From an uncultured Acidobacteriota bacterium (GTDB lineage: Bacteria > Acidobacteriota > Polarisedimenticolia > J045), in assembly GCA_963702425.1 (NCBI GenBank), contig CAVPCQ010000029.1:1-64000 (forward strand): a stretch of 64,000 nt of DNA. Direction: 5' to 3'. Positions 12,696-23,479 of this stretch are shown piece after piece. The notes under the pieces are model-generated. The model made no database searches and was not told the origin of the DNA. It worked only from the letters and a program-made list of their open reading frames with translations. A program made the position numbers and the translations under genes. How positions within the stretch are numbered: the first letter of the stretch is position 1; every line of letters starts with the position of its first letter.

Positions 12696-12757
12696 CAAGC
12701 GCGGCTCCGAGTTTCGACACGCGGACTCTAGCACGCTTTCGCGGTAGTCTTGACCGC

Positions 12758-14725
12758 GTGGCGGGCCGGCCGAAACAGCAGTCGCCGCGCGCGGAGCGCG
12801 CGCCGGGCGAATCGTCGATCGCCGTCCCGCTGGTCGTCGCGCTGGGGCTTGCGGCGGTACTGTCCTTCGCCGTGCCCCTCCTGTTCGCCGGATCCAGCGG
12901 CGCCTGGGCCGTGGCGCCGATCACGGCAGAGGCGGTCGCCCGAGCGCTCGGCGTGGGACTGGCCCTGCTGGCCGCACTCCGGGGCTGGGCGGCGATCCGG
13001 CACAGCTCCCGGCCGCCCGCCGCCCGGATCGCGGCTGCGTTCGCCGTCGGCCTGGCGCTCGCCGTCGTCTTCCGCTACGCCGCGCCGGTGACCTACATCG
13101 GGGACTGGCAGGTCATTCTGATCGTCAGCGACTCCGCGGACCCGCTCGGCAAGTGGTACGGAGCGTCGCTGGTCTATGCCGGGTTCCGGGAACTCCTCGG
13201 CGCGGCGGCGGGAGTTCACACGCTCGATGCGGTCCGCTGGACCTCCTCGCTGCTCGGCGCGGCGACCGCGTTCGTCTTCGTCCTGCTGGCCGAGTGTTTC
13301 GGGATGACGCGTGCCACCGCCGCCTGGCCCTTCTTCTGGCTGTCCGCGTTCGGTGCCATCGGTGTCGGGCTCGGGCACGTCGAGATCTACGCCCTGGTCG
13401 CGTTCAGCCTCGCGCTCTTCCTGTGGCTGGCGGTCGCAGCTCTCGAAGCCCCTACGATCGGGCGGCTCGCGGCGCTCGGGGCGTGGACCGGGGTCGCGCT
13501 GATGCTCTACCTCGGCCTGGCGCCGCTCGCAGCGGTCTTCCTCGTCGTGCTCCTGGTGGTGCTGTGCGAGGCGCGATCGCTGCAGGGTGCGAGCGCGGGT
13601 GCGCGCCTGAAGGGGCCGGCCCTGGCGCTGGCGATCGCCGTAGCGACCGCCGGCGCGATCCTCGCGCTCGGACCGGCCACCGTCGGGATCCAGGGCACCC
13701 TGTTCGAGGAGTGGGGGCGGCAGGTCGGCCTCACCCCGACGCGCGGCGGGACGATGCCCTGGTTCCACCCGGCCGACGCGACCTGGCCGCTCGTCCCCGC
13801 GCTCCTCCGGCCCCGCTACTGGATCGCGCCGTTCGCGCTCTCCAGCGGTGCGCAGCGCGCGTGGCTGGGCGACCGGGCCGGACTCGCGCTGCTGATCGTC
13901 CTCGGTGCGGTCGCGGCGGCACGCGTCGTCCGGCGCGAGCGGATGCCGCCGACGGTGGCGATCCTGCTGCTCGTGGCCGCCGGCTACCTCACGCTCGCGT
14001 ACAGCGTGCGCCACGGGTTGCCGATGCCGTACGACTGGGACATGACCGCCTACGTCTCGGTCGCGACCACGGTCGCGGCGATGGCGCTGGCCGGGTGGCT
14101 GGGTGCCGGGCGGCCGTGGCCGCGCGCGGCGTCCTGGCTGCTCGGATGCGCCGGCTCGGCGGCGCTGCTCGCCGGACTCGCGTTCTTCGTCCGGGTCGGG
14201 GAGCCGCCGCAGGAGTTCGGGGCGGCGCGCGACGGGCTGCGGCTCGCGGTCGTTCCCGCGCGGGTCGAACTTCAGCCGGGCCGACCGGTCCCGATCCAGA
14301 TGTGGCTCCGCAACGAAGCGACCGCGCCGCTCGTGATGCGCGAGCCCACGGTCTCCTACCTCCTGCTCGCGGCGACCCCGGCGCGCAACCTGCGGAGCAC
14401 GATGCAGCTCCACCGACTGCTCGGAAGCCGCGAGATCCCCGCCGGCGAGACCGCGTGCCTCACCACCTTCGATTTCCTGCCGAGCAGGTTCGAGATCGCC
14501 GATCCAGCGCCGGAGGGAGCGGAGCTGGCCTGGCGGCCGGTCGCCGGGGTCGGGCCGGCGCAGACATACCTCGGGACGTGGATCGTGAACATCGCGACCC
14601 GGCCCGGCGAGCGCGCCCATGAACCTGCTGTCGGATCCGGTCGAGGTCGAGGCGCAACCCTGACGCGGACCCGGCCGGGCTACAATCCGGCGCCTCGGAA
14701 CCCGGTCGGGGGAGGGACGCCATGA
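12758..14725 (+). CDS. polytopic membrane protein with C-terminal beta-rich domain (GT-C-like possible)
   Basis: Many hydrophobic helices. The true end may be TGA at 14663 in the +1 frame ([14 protein letters not shown]), because a TACAAT -10 box at 14681 lies in the annotated tail. Confidence 0.7.
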   Translation: MAGRPKQQSPRAERAPGESSIAVPLVVALGLAAVLSFAVPLLFAGSSGAWAVAPITAEAVARALGVGLALLAALRGWAAIRHSSRPPAARIAAAFAVGLALAVVFRYAAPVTYIGDWQVILIVSDSADPLGKWYGASLVYAGFRELLGAAAGVHTLDAVRWTSSLLGAATAFVFVLLAECFGMTRATAAWPFFWLSAFGAIGVGLGHVEIYALVAFSLALFLWLAVAALEAPTIGRLAALGAWTGVALMLYLGLAPLAAVFLVVLLVVLCEARSLQGASAGARLKGPALALAIAVATAGAILALGPATVGIQGTLFEEWGRQVGLTPTRGGTMPWFHPADATWPLVPALLRPRYWIAPFALSSGAQRAWLGDRAGLALLIVLGAVAAARVVRRERMPPTVAILLLVAAGYLTLAYSVRHGLPMPYDWDMTAYVSVATTVAAMALAGWLGAGRPWPRAASWLLGCAGSAALLAGLAFFVRVGEPPQEFGAARDGLRLAVVPARVELQPGRPVPIQMWLRNEATAPLVMREPTVSYLLLAATPARNLRSTMQLHRLLGSREIPAGETACLTTFDFLPSRFEIADPAPEGAELAWRPVAGVGPAQTYLGTWIVNIATRPGERAHEPAVGSGRGRGATLTRTRPGYNPAPRNPVGGGTP

Positions 14726-17700
14726 GCGAACGTGGAGGCCGTGCGACGACGAACCAGTCCGTCATCCGCTTCGTCGAGGAGACCGCAGCCCGCACCCGGC
14801 CCGACCGGATCGTCTGGTGCGACGGATCGCCCGCCGAGCGGGCGGCGCTCACCCGGGAGGCCGTCGAGGCCGCGATCCTGATCCCGCTCCACCCCGAGAA
14901 GTGGCCCGGCTGCTACCTGCACCGCAGCCACCCGAACGACGTCGCGCGCGTCGAGCAGTGCACCTTCATCTGCACCGACGGCAAGGACGGCGCCGGCCCG
15001 ACCAACAACTGGGCCCCGCCGAAAGCGATGCTCGAGAAGCTGCACGGCCTGCTCGACGGATCGATGAAGGGCCGCACGCTCTACGTCATCCCGTACATCA
15101 TGGGCCCGGCCGGCTCGCCGATGTCCAAGGTCGGGGTCGAGCTGACCGACTCGATCTACGTCGTGCTGAACATGGGGATCATGACCCGGATGGGGGAGAT
15201 CGCCTGGCGCCAGCTCGGCGACTCCGACGACTTCAACCGCGGCGTCCACGCGATGCTCGACGTCCACCCCGACCGCCGGATCATCGCGCACTTCCCGCAC
15301 GAGAACACGATCGTCTCGGTCGGCTCGGCCTACGGCGGCAACGTGCTGCTGGGAAAGAAGTGCTTCGCGCTGCGCATCGGCTCGGTCCTGGCCCGCAACG
15401 AGGGTTGGATGGCCGAGCACATGCTGATCCTCAAGGTCACCTCGCCGCACGGCGAGTCGACCTTCGTCGCCGCGGCGTTCCCCAGCGCCTGCGGCAAGAC
15501 CAACTTCGCGATGCTGGTCCCGCCCGAGCGCTTCGCCGGCTGGAAGGTCGAGACGATCGGCGACGACATCGCCTGGATGCGGCCCGGGCCGGACGGCCGG
15601 CTCTGGGCGATCAACCCCGAGGCGGGCTACTTCGGCGTCGTCCCCGGCACGAACCGCAGGAGCAACCCCAACGCGATGGACACGATCGCGAAGGACACGC
15701 TCTTCACGAACGTCGCGCTGCTGCCGGACGGGGACATCTGGTGGGAAGGGAAGGACGGCCCGCCGCCGGCCGAGTGCATCGACTGGCGCGGCAACCGCTG
15801 GACGCCCGAGAGCAGGGAGCCGGCCGCGCATCCCAACAGCCGCTTCACCGCGCCGATGACCAACAACCCGGCGCTGGCGCCCGAGGTCGACGACCCGCGC
15901 GGCGTGCCGATCAGCGCGATCATCTTCGGCGGCCGGCGCAGCGACACGATGCCGCTCGTCTTCCAGGCCTTCAACTGGGTCCAGGGAGTCTACGTCGGGG
16001 CGACGATCGGGTCCGAGACGACCGCTGCGGCGGTGGGCAGCGTCGGGCACGAACGAGTCCGTATCCGCTTCGTCGAGGAGACCGCAGCCCGCACCCGGCC
16101 CGACCGGATCGTCTGGTGCGACGGATCGCCCGCGGAGCGGGCGGCGCTCACCCGGGAGGCGGTCGAGGCGGCGATCCTGATCACGCTCAACCCGGAGAAG
16201 TGGCCCGGCTGCTACCTCCACCGCTCCAACCCGAACGACGTCGCGCGCGTCGAGCAGTGCACCTTCATCTGCACCGACGGCAAGGACGACGCCGGCCCGA
16301 CCAACAACTGGGCCCCGCCGAAGGCGATGCTCGAGAAGCTGCACGGCCTGCTCGACGGCTCGATGAAGGGCCGCACGCTCTACGTCATCCCGTACCTCAT
16401 GGGCCCGGCCGGCTCGCCGCTGTCCAAGGTCGGCGTCGAGCTGACCGACTCGATCTACGTCGTGCTGAACATGGGGATCATGACCCGGATGGGCGAGATC
16501 GCCTGGCGCCAGCTCGGCGACTCCGACGACTTCAACCGCGGCGTCCACGCGATGCTCGACGTCAACCCCGACCGCCGGATCATCGCGCATTTCCCGCACG
16601 ACAACACGATCATCTCGGTCGGCTCGGCCTACGGCGGCAACGTGCTGCTGGGAAAGAAGTGCTTCGCGCTGCGCATCGGCTCGGTCCTGGCCCGCAACGA
16701 GGGTTGGATGGCCGAGCACATGCTGATCCTCAAGGTCACCTCGCCGCACGGCGAGACGACCTTCGTCGCCGCGGCGTTCCCCAGCGCCTGCGGCAAGACC
16801 AACTTCGCGATGCTGGTCCCGCCCGCGCGCTTCGCCGGCTGGAAGGTCGAGACGATCGGCGACGACATCGCCTGGATGCGGCCCGGGCCGGACGGCCGGC
16901 TCTAGGCGATCAACCCCGAGGCCGGCTACTTCGGCGTCGTCCCCGGCACGAACCGCAGGAGCAACCCCAACGCGATGGACACGATCGCGAAGGACACGCT
17001 CTTCACCAACGTCGCGCTGCTGCCGGACGGGGACATCTGGTGGGAAGGGAAGGACGGCCCGCCGCCGGCCGAGTGCATCGACTGGCGCGGCAACCGCTGG
17101 ACGCCCGAGAGCAGGGAGCCGGCCGCGCATCCCAACAGCCGCTTCACCGCGCCGATGACCAACAACCCGGCGCTGGCGCCCGAGGTCGACGACCCGCGCG
17201 GCGTGCCGATCAGCGCGATCATCTTCGGCGGCCGGCGCAGCGACACGATGCCGCTCGTCTTCCAGGCCTTCAACTGGGTCCAGGGGGTCTACGTCGGCGC
17301 GACGATCGGGTCCGAGACGACCGCTGCGGCGGTGGGCAGCGTCGGGCAGGTGCGGCGCGACCCGATGGCCATGCTCCCCTTCTGCGGCTACAACATGGGC
17401 GACTACTTCCGGCACTGGATCGACATGCGCAAGCGGATCAAGCACCTGCCGCGCCTGTTCCACGTCAACTGGTTCCGCAAGGACGAGCAGGGCCGGTTCC
17501 TCTGGCCCGGCTTCGGCGAGAACATGCGCGTGCTGGAGTGGATCGTCGACCGCTGCCACTACCGCGTCGGCGCCGAGGAAGGGATCCTGGGCTGGATGCC
17601 GCTGGTCGAGAACTTCGACCTCGAGGGGCTGGGTGACTTCGGTCCCGCCGAGTTCGAGAAGGTCCAGGCGACGCACGAGGACGAGCTGCGGCGCGAGGTC

Positions 17701-17790
17701 CTGATGCACGAGGAGCTGTTCATGAAGCTCCACAGCACGCTGCCCAAGGAGTTCGTCTACACGCGCGAGCTGCTGGTCGCGCGGCTCTGA
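14722..17790 (+). pseudogene. pckG: phosphoenolpyruvate carboxykinase (GTP), disrupted as assembled by an internal tandem duplication and a TGG>TAG stop
   Basis: [54 protein letters not shown]; the 5' three-quarters occurs twice; TAG at 16903-16905 in copy 2. Confidence 0.9.
14749..17348 (+). repeat. imperfect tandem duplication, unit ~1299-1300 bp
   Basis: ATCCGCTTCGTCGAGGAGACC at 14764 and 16063; junction at ~16049; scattered substitutions between the copies. Confidence 0.95.
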
Positions 17791-17796
17791 CGCGGG

Positions 17797-18144
17797 CGGG
17801 CGGCCACGGAGCCAAGGCGGGCGGCCACGGAGGGCCGCCCCTACGGGGTATTCGTCGCGCGGCCTGTAGGGGCCGGCCTCCGTGCCGGCCCGCCCCACGC
17901 CTGGCAAAAGCGGGCGGCCACGGAGCCAAGGCGGGCGGCCACGGAGGGCCGCCCCTACAGGGCATTCGTCGCGCGGCCTGTAGGGGCCGGCCTCCGTGCC
18001 GGCCCGCCCCACGCATGGCCGCGTCGGGCGGCCACGGAGGGCCGCCCCTACAGGGCATTCGTCGCGCGGTTCGTAGGGGCCGGCCTCCGTGCCGGCCCGC
18101 CCCACGCATGGCCGCGTCGGGCGGCCACGGAGGGCCGCCCCTAC
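17797..18144. repeat. REP/BIME-like array of GTAG-type palindromes
   Basis: Four minus-strand GTAGGGGCGGCCCTCCGTGGCCGCCCG (17818, 17932, 18025, 18118) alternate with three plus-strand GTAGGGGCCGGCCTCCGTGCCGGCCCG (17866, 17980, 18073) between convergent genes. Confidence 0.88.
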
Positions 18145-19739
18145 AGGGGTGCGGGGCGATCCCGTGGGGCGCCGTCGACGAGGCGGGCGATGCCCAGCGG
18201 GTTGGCGTCCTGCAGCTCGGGCGGGAGCGCGGCGTCGGGGAAGCCCTGGAAGCAGACGGGCCGCGCGAAGCGCGCGATCGCGCGCGTCCCGACCGAGGTG
18301 AAGCGCGCATCCGACGCCGCCGGGTAGGGCCCGCCGTGGACCATCGACGGGCAGACCTCGACGCCGGTCGGGAAGCCGTTGACCACGATCCGCCCGACCT
18401 TCGTCTCCAGCAGCGACAGCAGCCCGGCGTACCGCGCGAGCTCGTCCGCCTCGCCGTGGACCGTCGCGGTCAGGTGCCCTTCCAGCGCGCGCACGATCCG
18501 CTCCAGCTCCTCCGGTCCCCGGTGCACGACGAGCAGCGTGGCCGGACCGAAGACCTCCTCGCCGAGCGCCGCGTCGTCGAGGAAGGTCGCCGCGTCGGTT
18601 CGGAACAGCGCAGCGGTCGCGCGGCACTGGCCCGGCCCGGAGTCGAGATCCGAGAGCGCCAGCGTCTCGACCCCCTCACGCTTCGCCAGGCGCGCCACAC
18701 CGATCGCGTACGACGCCCGCAGGTCGGCGTAGAGCATCGTCCCGGGCGCGGTGTCGCCCAGCCGCGCCGCGAGCGCGGCGGCGAAGGCGTCGGCGTCGGG
18801 CCCGGCCTCGACCAGCACGAGGCCAGGGTTCGTGCAGAACTGCCCCACCCCGAGCGTCACCGAGGCATGCAGCCCCTCGGCGATGGCCTCGCCCCGCGCG
18901 CGGAGCGCGCCCGGCAGGATGACGACCGGATTGAGGCTTCCCATCTCGGCGAAGACGGGAATCGGCTCCGGCCGCGCCGCCGCGAGGTCCATCAGCGCCC
19001 GCCCTGCGGCCTTGCTCCCGGTGAAGCCGACCGCCTGGATCGCGGGGTGCTTGACGAGCGCCTGACCGACGATCCGGCCGTCGCCGAACAGCAGCGAGAA
19101 GATCCCCTCCGGCATCCCGGTCGCGCGCGCCGCCTCGACGATCGCGATCCCGGCCAGCTCCGAGGTGCCGGGGTGCGCCGAATGCGCCTTGACGACGACC
19201 GGGCAGCCGGCTGCCAGGGCCGAGGCGGTGTCGCCGCCGGCCACGGTGAAGGCCAGCGGGAAGTTCGACGGCCCGAAGACCGCGACCGGCCCGAGCGCGC
19301 GCAGCATCGAGCGCACGTCGGGCTTCGGCAGCGGCTGGCGCGCGGGCTGAGCGCGGTCGATCCGCGCGTCGACCCACGAGCCCTCCCGCACCAGCCCCGC
19401 GAACATCCGCAGCTGGGCGCAGGTGCGCCCGAGTTCGGAGCGGATCCGCGGGCCGGGAAGTGCGGTCTCCGCCGTGCCGCGCGCTTCGATCTCCGCGCCG
19501 CGGCGCTCCAGCCGCTCCGCGATCGCCTCCAGGAACGCTCCGCGGGCCCGGCCCGGCGTCTTCCGGCTCAGATCGAAAGCCGCCGCGGCCAGCCGCGCCG
19601 CGCGGTCGACGTCCTCCGGTCCCGCGAGGTGGTACGGCGGATCCAGCGTCGCGCCCGTCGCCGGGTCGACGCCGAAGATCACGCGGCCCGAACCGGGCAG
19701 GCGCGCGAAGCCGACGAGCGAAAGCCCCTCGAGTGCCAT
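18141..19739 (-). CDS. alpha-ketoglutaric semialdehyde dehydrogenase (aldehyde dehydrogenase, NADP+)
   Basis: SNFPLAF, GFTGS, EMGSLNP, GQFCTNPG, EEVFGP, NGFPTGVEV, HGGPYPA; last gene of the hydroxyproline cluster. Confidence 0.9.
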   Translation of the reverse strand: MALEGLSLVGFARLPGSGRVIFGVDPATGATLDPPYHLAGPEDVDRAARLAAAAFDLSRKTPGRARGAFLEAIAERLERRGAEIEARGTAETALPGPRIRSELGRTCAQLRMFAGLVREGSWVDARIDRAQPARQPLPKPDVRSMLRALGPVAVFGPSNFPLAFTVAGGDTASALAAGCPVVVKAHSAHPGTSELAGIAIVEAARATGMPEGIFSLLFGDGRIVGQALVKHPAIQAVGFTGSKAAGRALMDLAAARPEPIPVFAEMGSLNPVVILPGALRARGEAIAEGLHASVTLGVGQFCTNPGLVLVEAGPDADAFAAALAARLGDTAPGTMLYADLRASYAIGVARLAKREGVETLALSDLDSGPGQCRATAALFRTDAATFLDDAALGEEVFGPATLLVVHRGPEELERIVRALEGHLTATVHGEADELARYAGLLSLLETKVGRIVVNGFPTGVEVCPSMVHGGPYPAASDARFTSVGTRAIARFARPVCFQGFPDAALPPELQDANPLGIARLVDGAPRDRPAPL

Positions 19740-19750
19740 CGTCGACTCCT

Positions 19751-20647
19751 TCAGCGCGGCCGCGCCGCGAGCGCCGCCTCGATCGTCGCCAGGGCCTGCC
19801 GCCGCTCGACGCCGGCGAGCGCGAGGCGCGGCGGCCGCACGCGCTCGCTCCCCATCCCGACCACTTCCTGGCAGAGCTTGATCAACTGCACGAACTTCGG
19901 GACCGTGTCCATCCGCAGGAGCGGCAGGAACCAGCGGTAGAGCGCCCGCGCCTCGGCCCGCTTGCCAGCGCGCGCCAGCGCGAAGAGCCGTGCCGACTCC
20001 TCGGGCAGCGCGTTGACCAGCCCGGCGACCCATCCGGTCGCGCCGGCGTCGATCCCCTCGACGATCAGGTCGTCCACGCCGACCGCGATCTCGAGCCGCT
20101 CGCCCAGGAGCGCGCGGACCGCGGCGACGCGCCGCACGTCGGCGCTCGACTCCTTCACCGCCGCGAGCTGCGGAAACTCCTCCGCCAGCTCGGCGACCTG
20201 CTCGGGCAGGAAGTCGGTCCGGTAGGCGATCGGGTTGTTGTAGAGCATGCAGGACAGGCGCGTCGCGCGAAGCACCGCGGCGACGTGGGCTTTCATCTCG
20301 CGCCAGTCGGTCGAGTAAACGTAGGGCGGAAGGACCATCAGGCCGCGGCAGCCGGCCCGCTCGGCGGCTTTCGCCAGCCGCACCGCTTCCGCCGTCGAGA
20401 GCGCCGACACCGCGGCCACCAGCGGGGTGCGCCGGCCGAGCGCCCCGGCGAGCGTCTCGAGCACCGCGACCTTCTCCTCGAACGACAGCGTCGCCCCCTC
20501 GCCGAGCGAGCCGAGCGCCACGATCCCGTTCGATCCGCGCTCGATCATCCACGCCGCGTGCCGGGCGAGGAACTCGTGGTCGATCGCGAGGCCCTTCGTG
20601 AAAGGGGTGGTGATCGCGGGCAGGACGCCCTTCCAGCGCATCGTCAT
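19751..20647 (-). CDS. DapA-family enzyme, probable 1-pyrroline-4-hydroxy-2-carboxylate deaminase
   Basis: WKGVLPAITTPF, GSLGE, LYNNP, AVKESS, GVDD; gene context. Confidence 0.85.
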   Translation of the reverse strand: MTMRWKGVLPAITTPFTKGLAIDHEFLARHAAWMIERGSNGIVALGSLGEGATLSFEEKVAVLETLAGALGRRTPLVAAVSALSTAEAVRLAKAAERAGCRGLMVLPPYVYSTDWREMKAHVAAVLRATRLSCMLYNNPIAYRTDFLPEQVAELAEEFPQLAAVKESSADVRRVAAVRALLGERLEIAVGVDDLIVEGIDAGATGWVAGLVNALPEESARLFALARAGKRAEARALYRWFLPLLRMDTVPKFVQLIKLCQEVVGMGSERVRPPRLALAGVERRQALATIEAALAARPR

Positions 20648-22032
20648 CGCGTCGGTCCTTCCGCACCGGCCGGCGGGATCTCGCCCGCGGCCGCCAGGCT
20701 GTCGAGGCGCACCGGTACGGCCGGCGGCCGCACCGAGTCCGCACCCCATCCGAACAGGAACTCCGTCGCCGCGCCGCAGACGCGCCCCTGGCAGGGGCCC
20801 ATCCCGCAGCGCGTCCTGAGCTTCGCCGCGCGCCACCCGGGCTGGCCTTCGAGGACCGCGAGGGCGACGTCCTCGCAGCGGCAGACCACCGTGTCGGGCC
20901 GTGCGAGCGCGCGCAGATCGTCGCGCAGCGCGAAGGCCTGCGCCATCGCCCGGCCGAAGGCGCGGGCCCGGGCTCGCGCGCGGAGCAGGGACCCCGGAAT
21001 GCCGGATGCGCCGGATGCACCGGGCGTGGCGTGCACACCGGCCCCGGACCCCTCCCCGGCGCCGCGGAGCCGCCCCGCCGCCGCGAGCCCGGCGATCTCC
21101 CCCTCCGCCAGCGCCGCGTCGAGCCCAGCGATCCCGACGATCTCACCCGCGGCGAAGACACCCGGCACCGAGGTTTCCTGCCGCGCGTCGACCGGCACCA
21201 AGCCCCCGACGACCGAGCACCCGAAGAGTCTCGCCGGTTCGGTGTTCGCGCCCAGTCCGAAGGCGCACGCCAACCGGTCGCACGCGACCTCGCGCGTGCG
21301 CCGCCCGTCGGTCAGGAGCACCGCCGACAGCGAGTCCTCGCCGCGCGCCTCGACCGGCCAGGTCCCGGTCCGGTACGGCGTGCCGGCCAGCGCTGCGCGG
21401 TACCGGGCCGCATCGGCCAGCTTCGCGGGCCAGCGCCCGAGCGAGGCCGCGAAGCGCGCGACCCGCCGCCACGGCGCCTGCTCGGCCACCAGCAGCACGC
21501 GCGCCCCGTGCCGCTTCAGCTCCCGCGCGACCGCGAGCAGCAGCGGGCCGCTCCCGGCCACGACGACGCGGGCGCCCGCGACCGCGGTCCCCGATTTCAC
21601 CAGCGCCGCAAGCCCGCCCGCGCCGGTGACGCCCGGCAGCGTCCATCCCGGGAACGGCAGGAACAGCTCGCGCGCGCCGGGGCAGAGCACGGCGCGGGCG
21701 TGGTGCACGGCGAGCGCGCCGCGCGGCGTCTCCGCCAGCGCGAGGCCCGGCGCAGGGCGCGCGAAGAGCCGCGCTCCGGTCATCAGCCGCACCGCCGGGT
21801 GGTCCAGCGCGGCCAGCCACGGCGCCGCCGCGCGATCGTCGGCCGTGCGACCGACCTTCACGCCGGCGCCGACTCTGCCCACCCCGCGCCAGATCTGTCC
21901 GCCCGGCGCAGGGTTGTCGTCGAGCACGACGACGCGGCAGCCCGCGCGCGCCGCCGCACCCGCCGCCGCGAGACCGGCCGGGCCGGCGCCGACGACGAGC
22001 ACCTCGCAGGTCAGAGCCGTGGGCGCGCTCAC
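20644..22032 (-). CDS. FAD/NAD(P)-binding oxidoreductase, probable D-hydroxyproline dehydrogenase alpha subunit (HcnB/OoxA-like)
   Basis: VVGAGPAG, PFPGWTLPGV, CRCEDV, RCGMGPCQGRVCG; GTGA/ATGA overlaps with neighbours. Confidence 0.85.
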   Translation of the reverse strand: MSAPTALTCEVLVVGAGPAGLAAAGAAARAGCRVVVLDDNPAPGGQIWRGVGRVGAGVKVGRTADDRAAAPWLAALDHPAVRLMTGARLFARPAPGLALAETPRGALAVHHARAVLCPGARELFLPFPGWTLPGVTGAGGLAALVKSGTAVAGARVVVAGSGPLLLAVARELKRHGARVLLVAEQAPWRRVARFAASLGRWPAKLADAARYRAALAGTPYRTGTWPVEARGEDSLSAVLLTDGRRTREVACDRLACAFGLGANTEPARLFGCSVVGGLVPVDARQETSVPGVFAAGEIVGIAGLDAALAEGEIAGLAAAGRLRGAGEGSGAGVHATPGASGASGIPGSLLRARARARAFGRAMAQAFALRDDLRALARPDTVVCRCEDVALAVLEGQPGWRAAKLRTRCGMGPCQGRVCGAATEFLFGWGADSVRPPAVPVRLDSLAAAGEIPPAGAEGPTR

Positions 22033-22343
22033 GCGGGCCCCCCGCGCCCGGCTGTGCTCGCGGCCGCCCCCGCGGCCCCGCTCGGGCCCGCGCCCGCCGC
22101 TACGCCCGCGGCGGCTGTCTCGACGCGCATCCCTTCCGCGCATGGCGTCTGGCAGGCCAGGCGGTGCGGCTCGCCGTCGATCGCGACGCGGCACTCGTGG
22201 CAGATCCCGATCCCGCAGAGCGGCGCCCGCGCGGCGCCCGTGACCGAGTGCCGGAAGCTGACGATCCCCGCCGCGGCGACCGCCGCCGCGACGCTGGCGC
22301 CGGCGGCCACGGTGACCGGGCGCCCGTCGACGGTGAGCGTCAC
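22029..22343 (-). CDS. 2Fe-2S subunit of the D-hydroxyproline dehydrogenase (HcnA-like)
   Basis: [24 protein letters not shown]; GTGA overlap with the upstream stop (alternative GTG at 22355). Confidence 0.85.
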   Translation of the reverse strand: MTLTVDGRPVTVAAGASVAAAVAAAGIVSFRHSVTGAARAPLCGIGICHECRVAIDGEPHRLACQTPCAEGMRVETAAAGVAAGAGPSGAAGAAASTAGRGGPA

Positions 22344-23479
22344 GCCCGCGGCCACGGGTCCCTCCCCGCGAAACGCGCCGGCAGGTACGGCTCGCGTGGA
22401 ATCGGCGACGCGCGCTCGAGCACCTGGTCCGCGATCAGCCGCGCGGTGCCGAAGGCGGTCGTGATCCCCAGCCCCTCGTGGCCGGTCGCGAGCAGCAGCC
22501 CGGCGTGCCCCGGCCACGGCCCGATCAGCGGCTGGCCGTCGGGCGTCGCCGCGCGGAAGCCGGTCCAGGCGCGCAGCGCGTGCATGTCCGCGATCCGCGG
22601 CAGGTACGACCGCGCGCGCTCCAGCATCCGCGCCAGCAGCCGGTGGTCGATCGCGTCGTCGTCGACCCCCAGCTGCCGCGAGGAGCCGACCAGCAACTGC
22701 CCCGTCGGGCGCGGCTGCACGTTGAACGCGACCGACTCGCTGCCGAAGGTGTGCGCGCTCTTCAGGTACCCCAGCTCGACCAGCTGGTGCCGCACGAACC
22801 CCGGGTAGCGGTCGGTGATGACGAGGTGTCCCTTGCGCCGCCGCACCGGCACGCCGGGCGCCAGCTCCGGCGCCAAGACGCCGGTCGCGAGCACGATCCA
22901 CCGCGCCGCGCGTTCCGAGCCGTCCTCGCAGCGCACGGCGCGCTCCTCGATCCGCGCGACGCGCCGGCCTTCCTCGATCCGCGCCCCGTACCGGCGCGCC
23001 TCGTCCAGCAGCCACGGCACGACACAGGGTGGATAGATGACGGCGTCGTCCGGCACCAGCAGCCCGCCCGCGAGCCCTTCGCGCAGGGCCGGCTCGGCCG
23101 CGGCGAGCTGCCGCGCGTCCAGCACCTCCACCGCCACGCCGCGCGCGTGATAGGACGCACACCGCCGCCCGGCCGCGGCCAGCTCCTCGTCGTCCGCCGC
23201 CACCCACAACGTGCCGGGACGCGAGAACTCCGCTCCCTCCGGCAACTCGGGCGCCAGCGCGTCCCACAGGCCATGCGACAGCTTCGCCAGCCGGAACTCC
23301 GGCTCGTTGTCGTCGAGCACGACGACGTGGCCCATCCCCGCGGCGGTCGCGCCGCCGCCGGCGAGCCCCGCTTCGAGCACCGCCACGCGCACCCCGGCGC
23401 GCGCCAGCTCCCACGCGCAGGCCGCGCCGACGATCCCCGCCCCGACGACGACCACCTCCGGGGAAGGGGAGCCGCTCAC
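22340..23479 (-). CDS. DAO-family FAD oxidoreductase, probable D-hydroxyproline dehydrogenase beta subunit
   Basis: [42 protein letters not shown]; GTG start overlaps the epimerase stop. Confidence 0.88.
   Translation of the reverse strand: MSGSPSPEVVVVGAGIVGAACAWELARAGVRVAVLEAGLAGGGATAAGMGHVVVLDDNEPEFRLAKLSHGLWDALAPELPEGAEFSRPGTLWVAADDEELAAAGRRCASYHARGVAVEVLDARQLAAAEPALREGLAGGLLVPDDAVIYPPCVVPWLLDEARRYGARIEEGRRVARIEERAVRCEDGSERAARWIVLATGVLAPELAPGVPVRRRKGHLVITDRYPGFVRHQLVELGYLKSAHTFGSESVAFNVQPRPTGQLLVGSSRQLGVDDDAIDHRLLARMLERARSYLPRIADMHALRAWTGFRAATPDGQPLIGPWPGHAGLLLATGHEGLGITTAFGTARLIADQVLERASPIPREPYLPARFAGRDPWPRA

Noticed and set aside
16903-16905. TAG in pckG copy 2 as pyrrolysine or programmed read-through
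   Set aside because: It corresponds to TGG (Trp) in copy 1, a single substitution, and no pyl genes are visible.
17797-18144. Possible CRISPR array
   Set aside because: Units alternate in orientation, the spacers are themselves repeated, and no cas genes are present; it fits REP/BIME.
14680-18627. 1315-aa minus-strand ORF and many other long Arg/Ala/Pro-rich ORFs in the track
   Set aside because: Antisense or off-frame shadows of real genes, expected at this GC content; no recognisable motifs.
20995-21025. GCCGGATGC repeats resembling enterobacterial REP
   Set aside because: Only a short in-frame Gly/Ala/Ser linker inside the oxidoreductase, with no full palindrome.
20644-23479. Hydrogen cyanide synthase hcnABC
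   Set aside because: The subunits are homologous, but the flanking epimerase, deaminase and KGSA dehydrogenase point to hydroxyproline catabolism.
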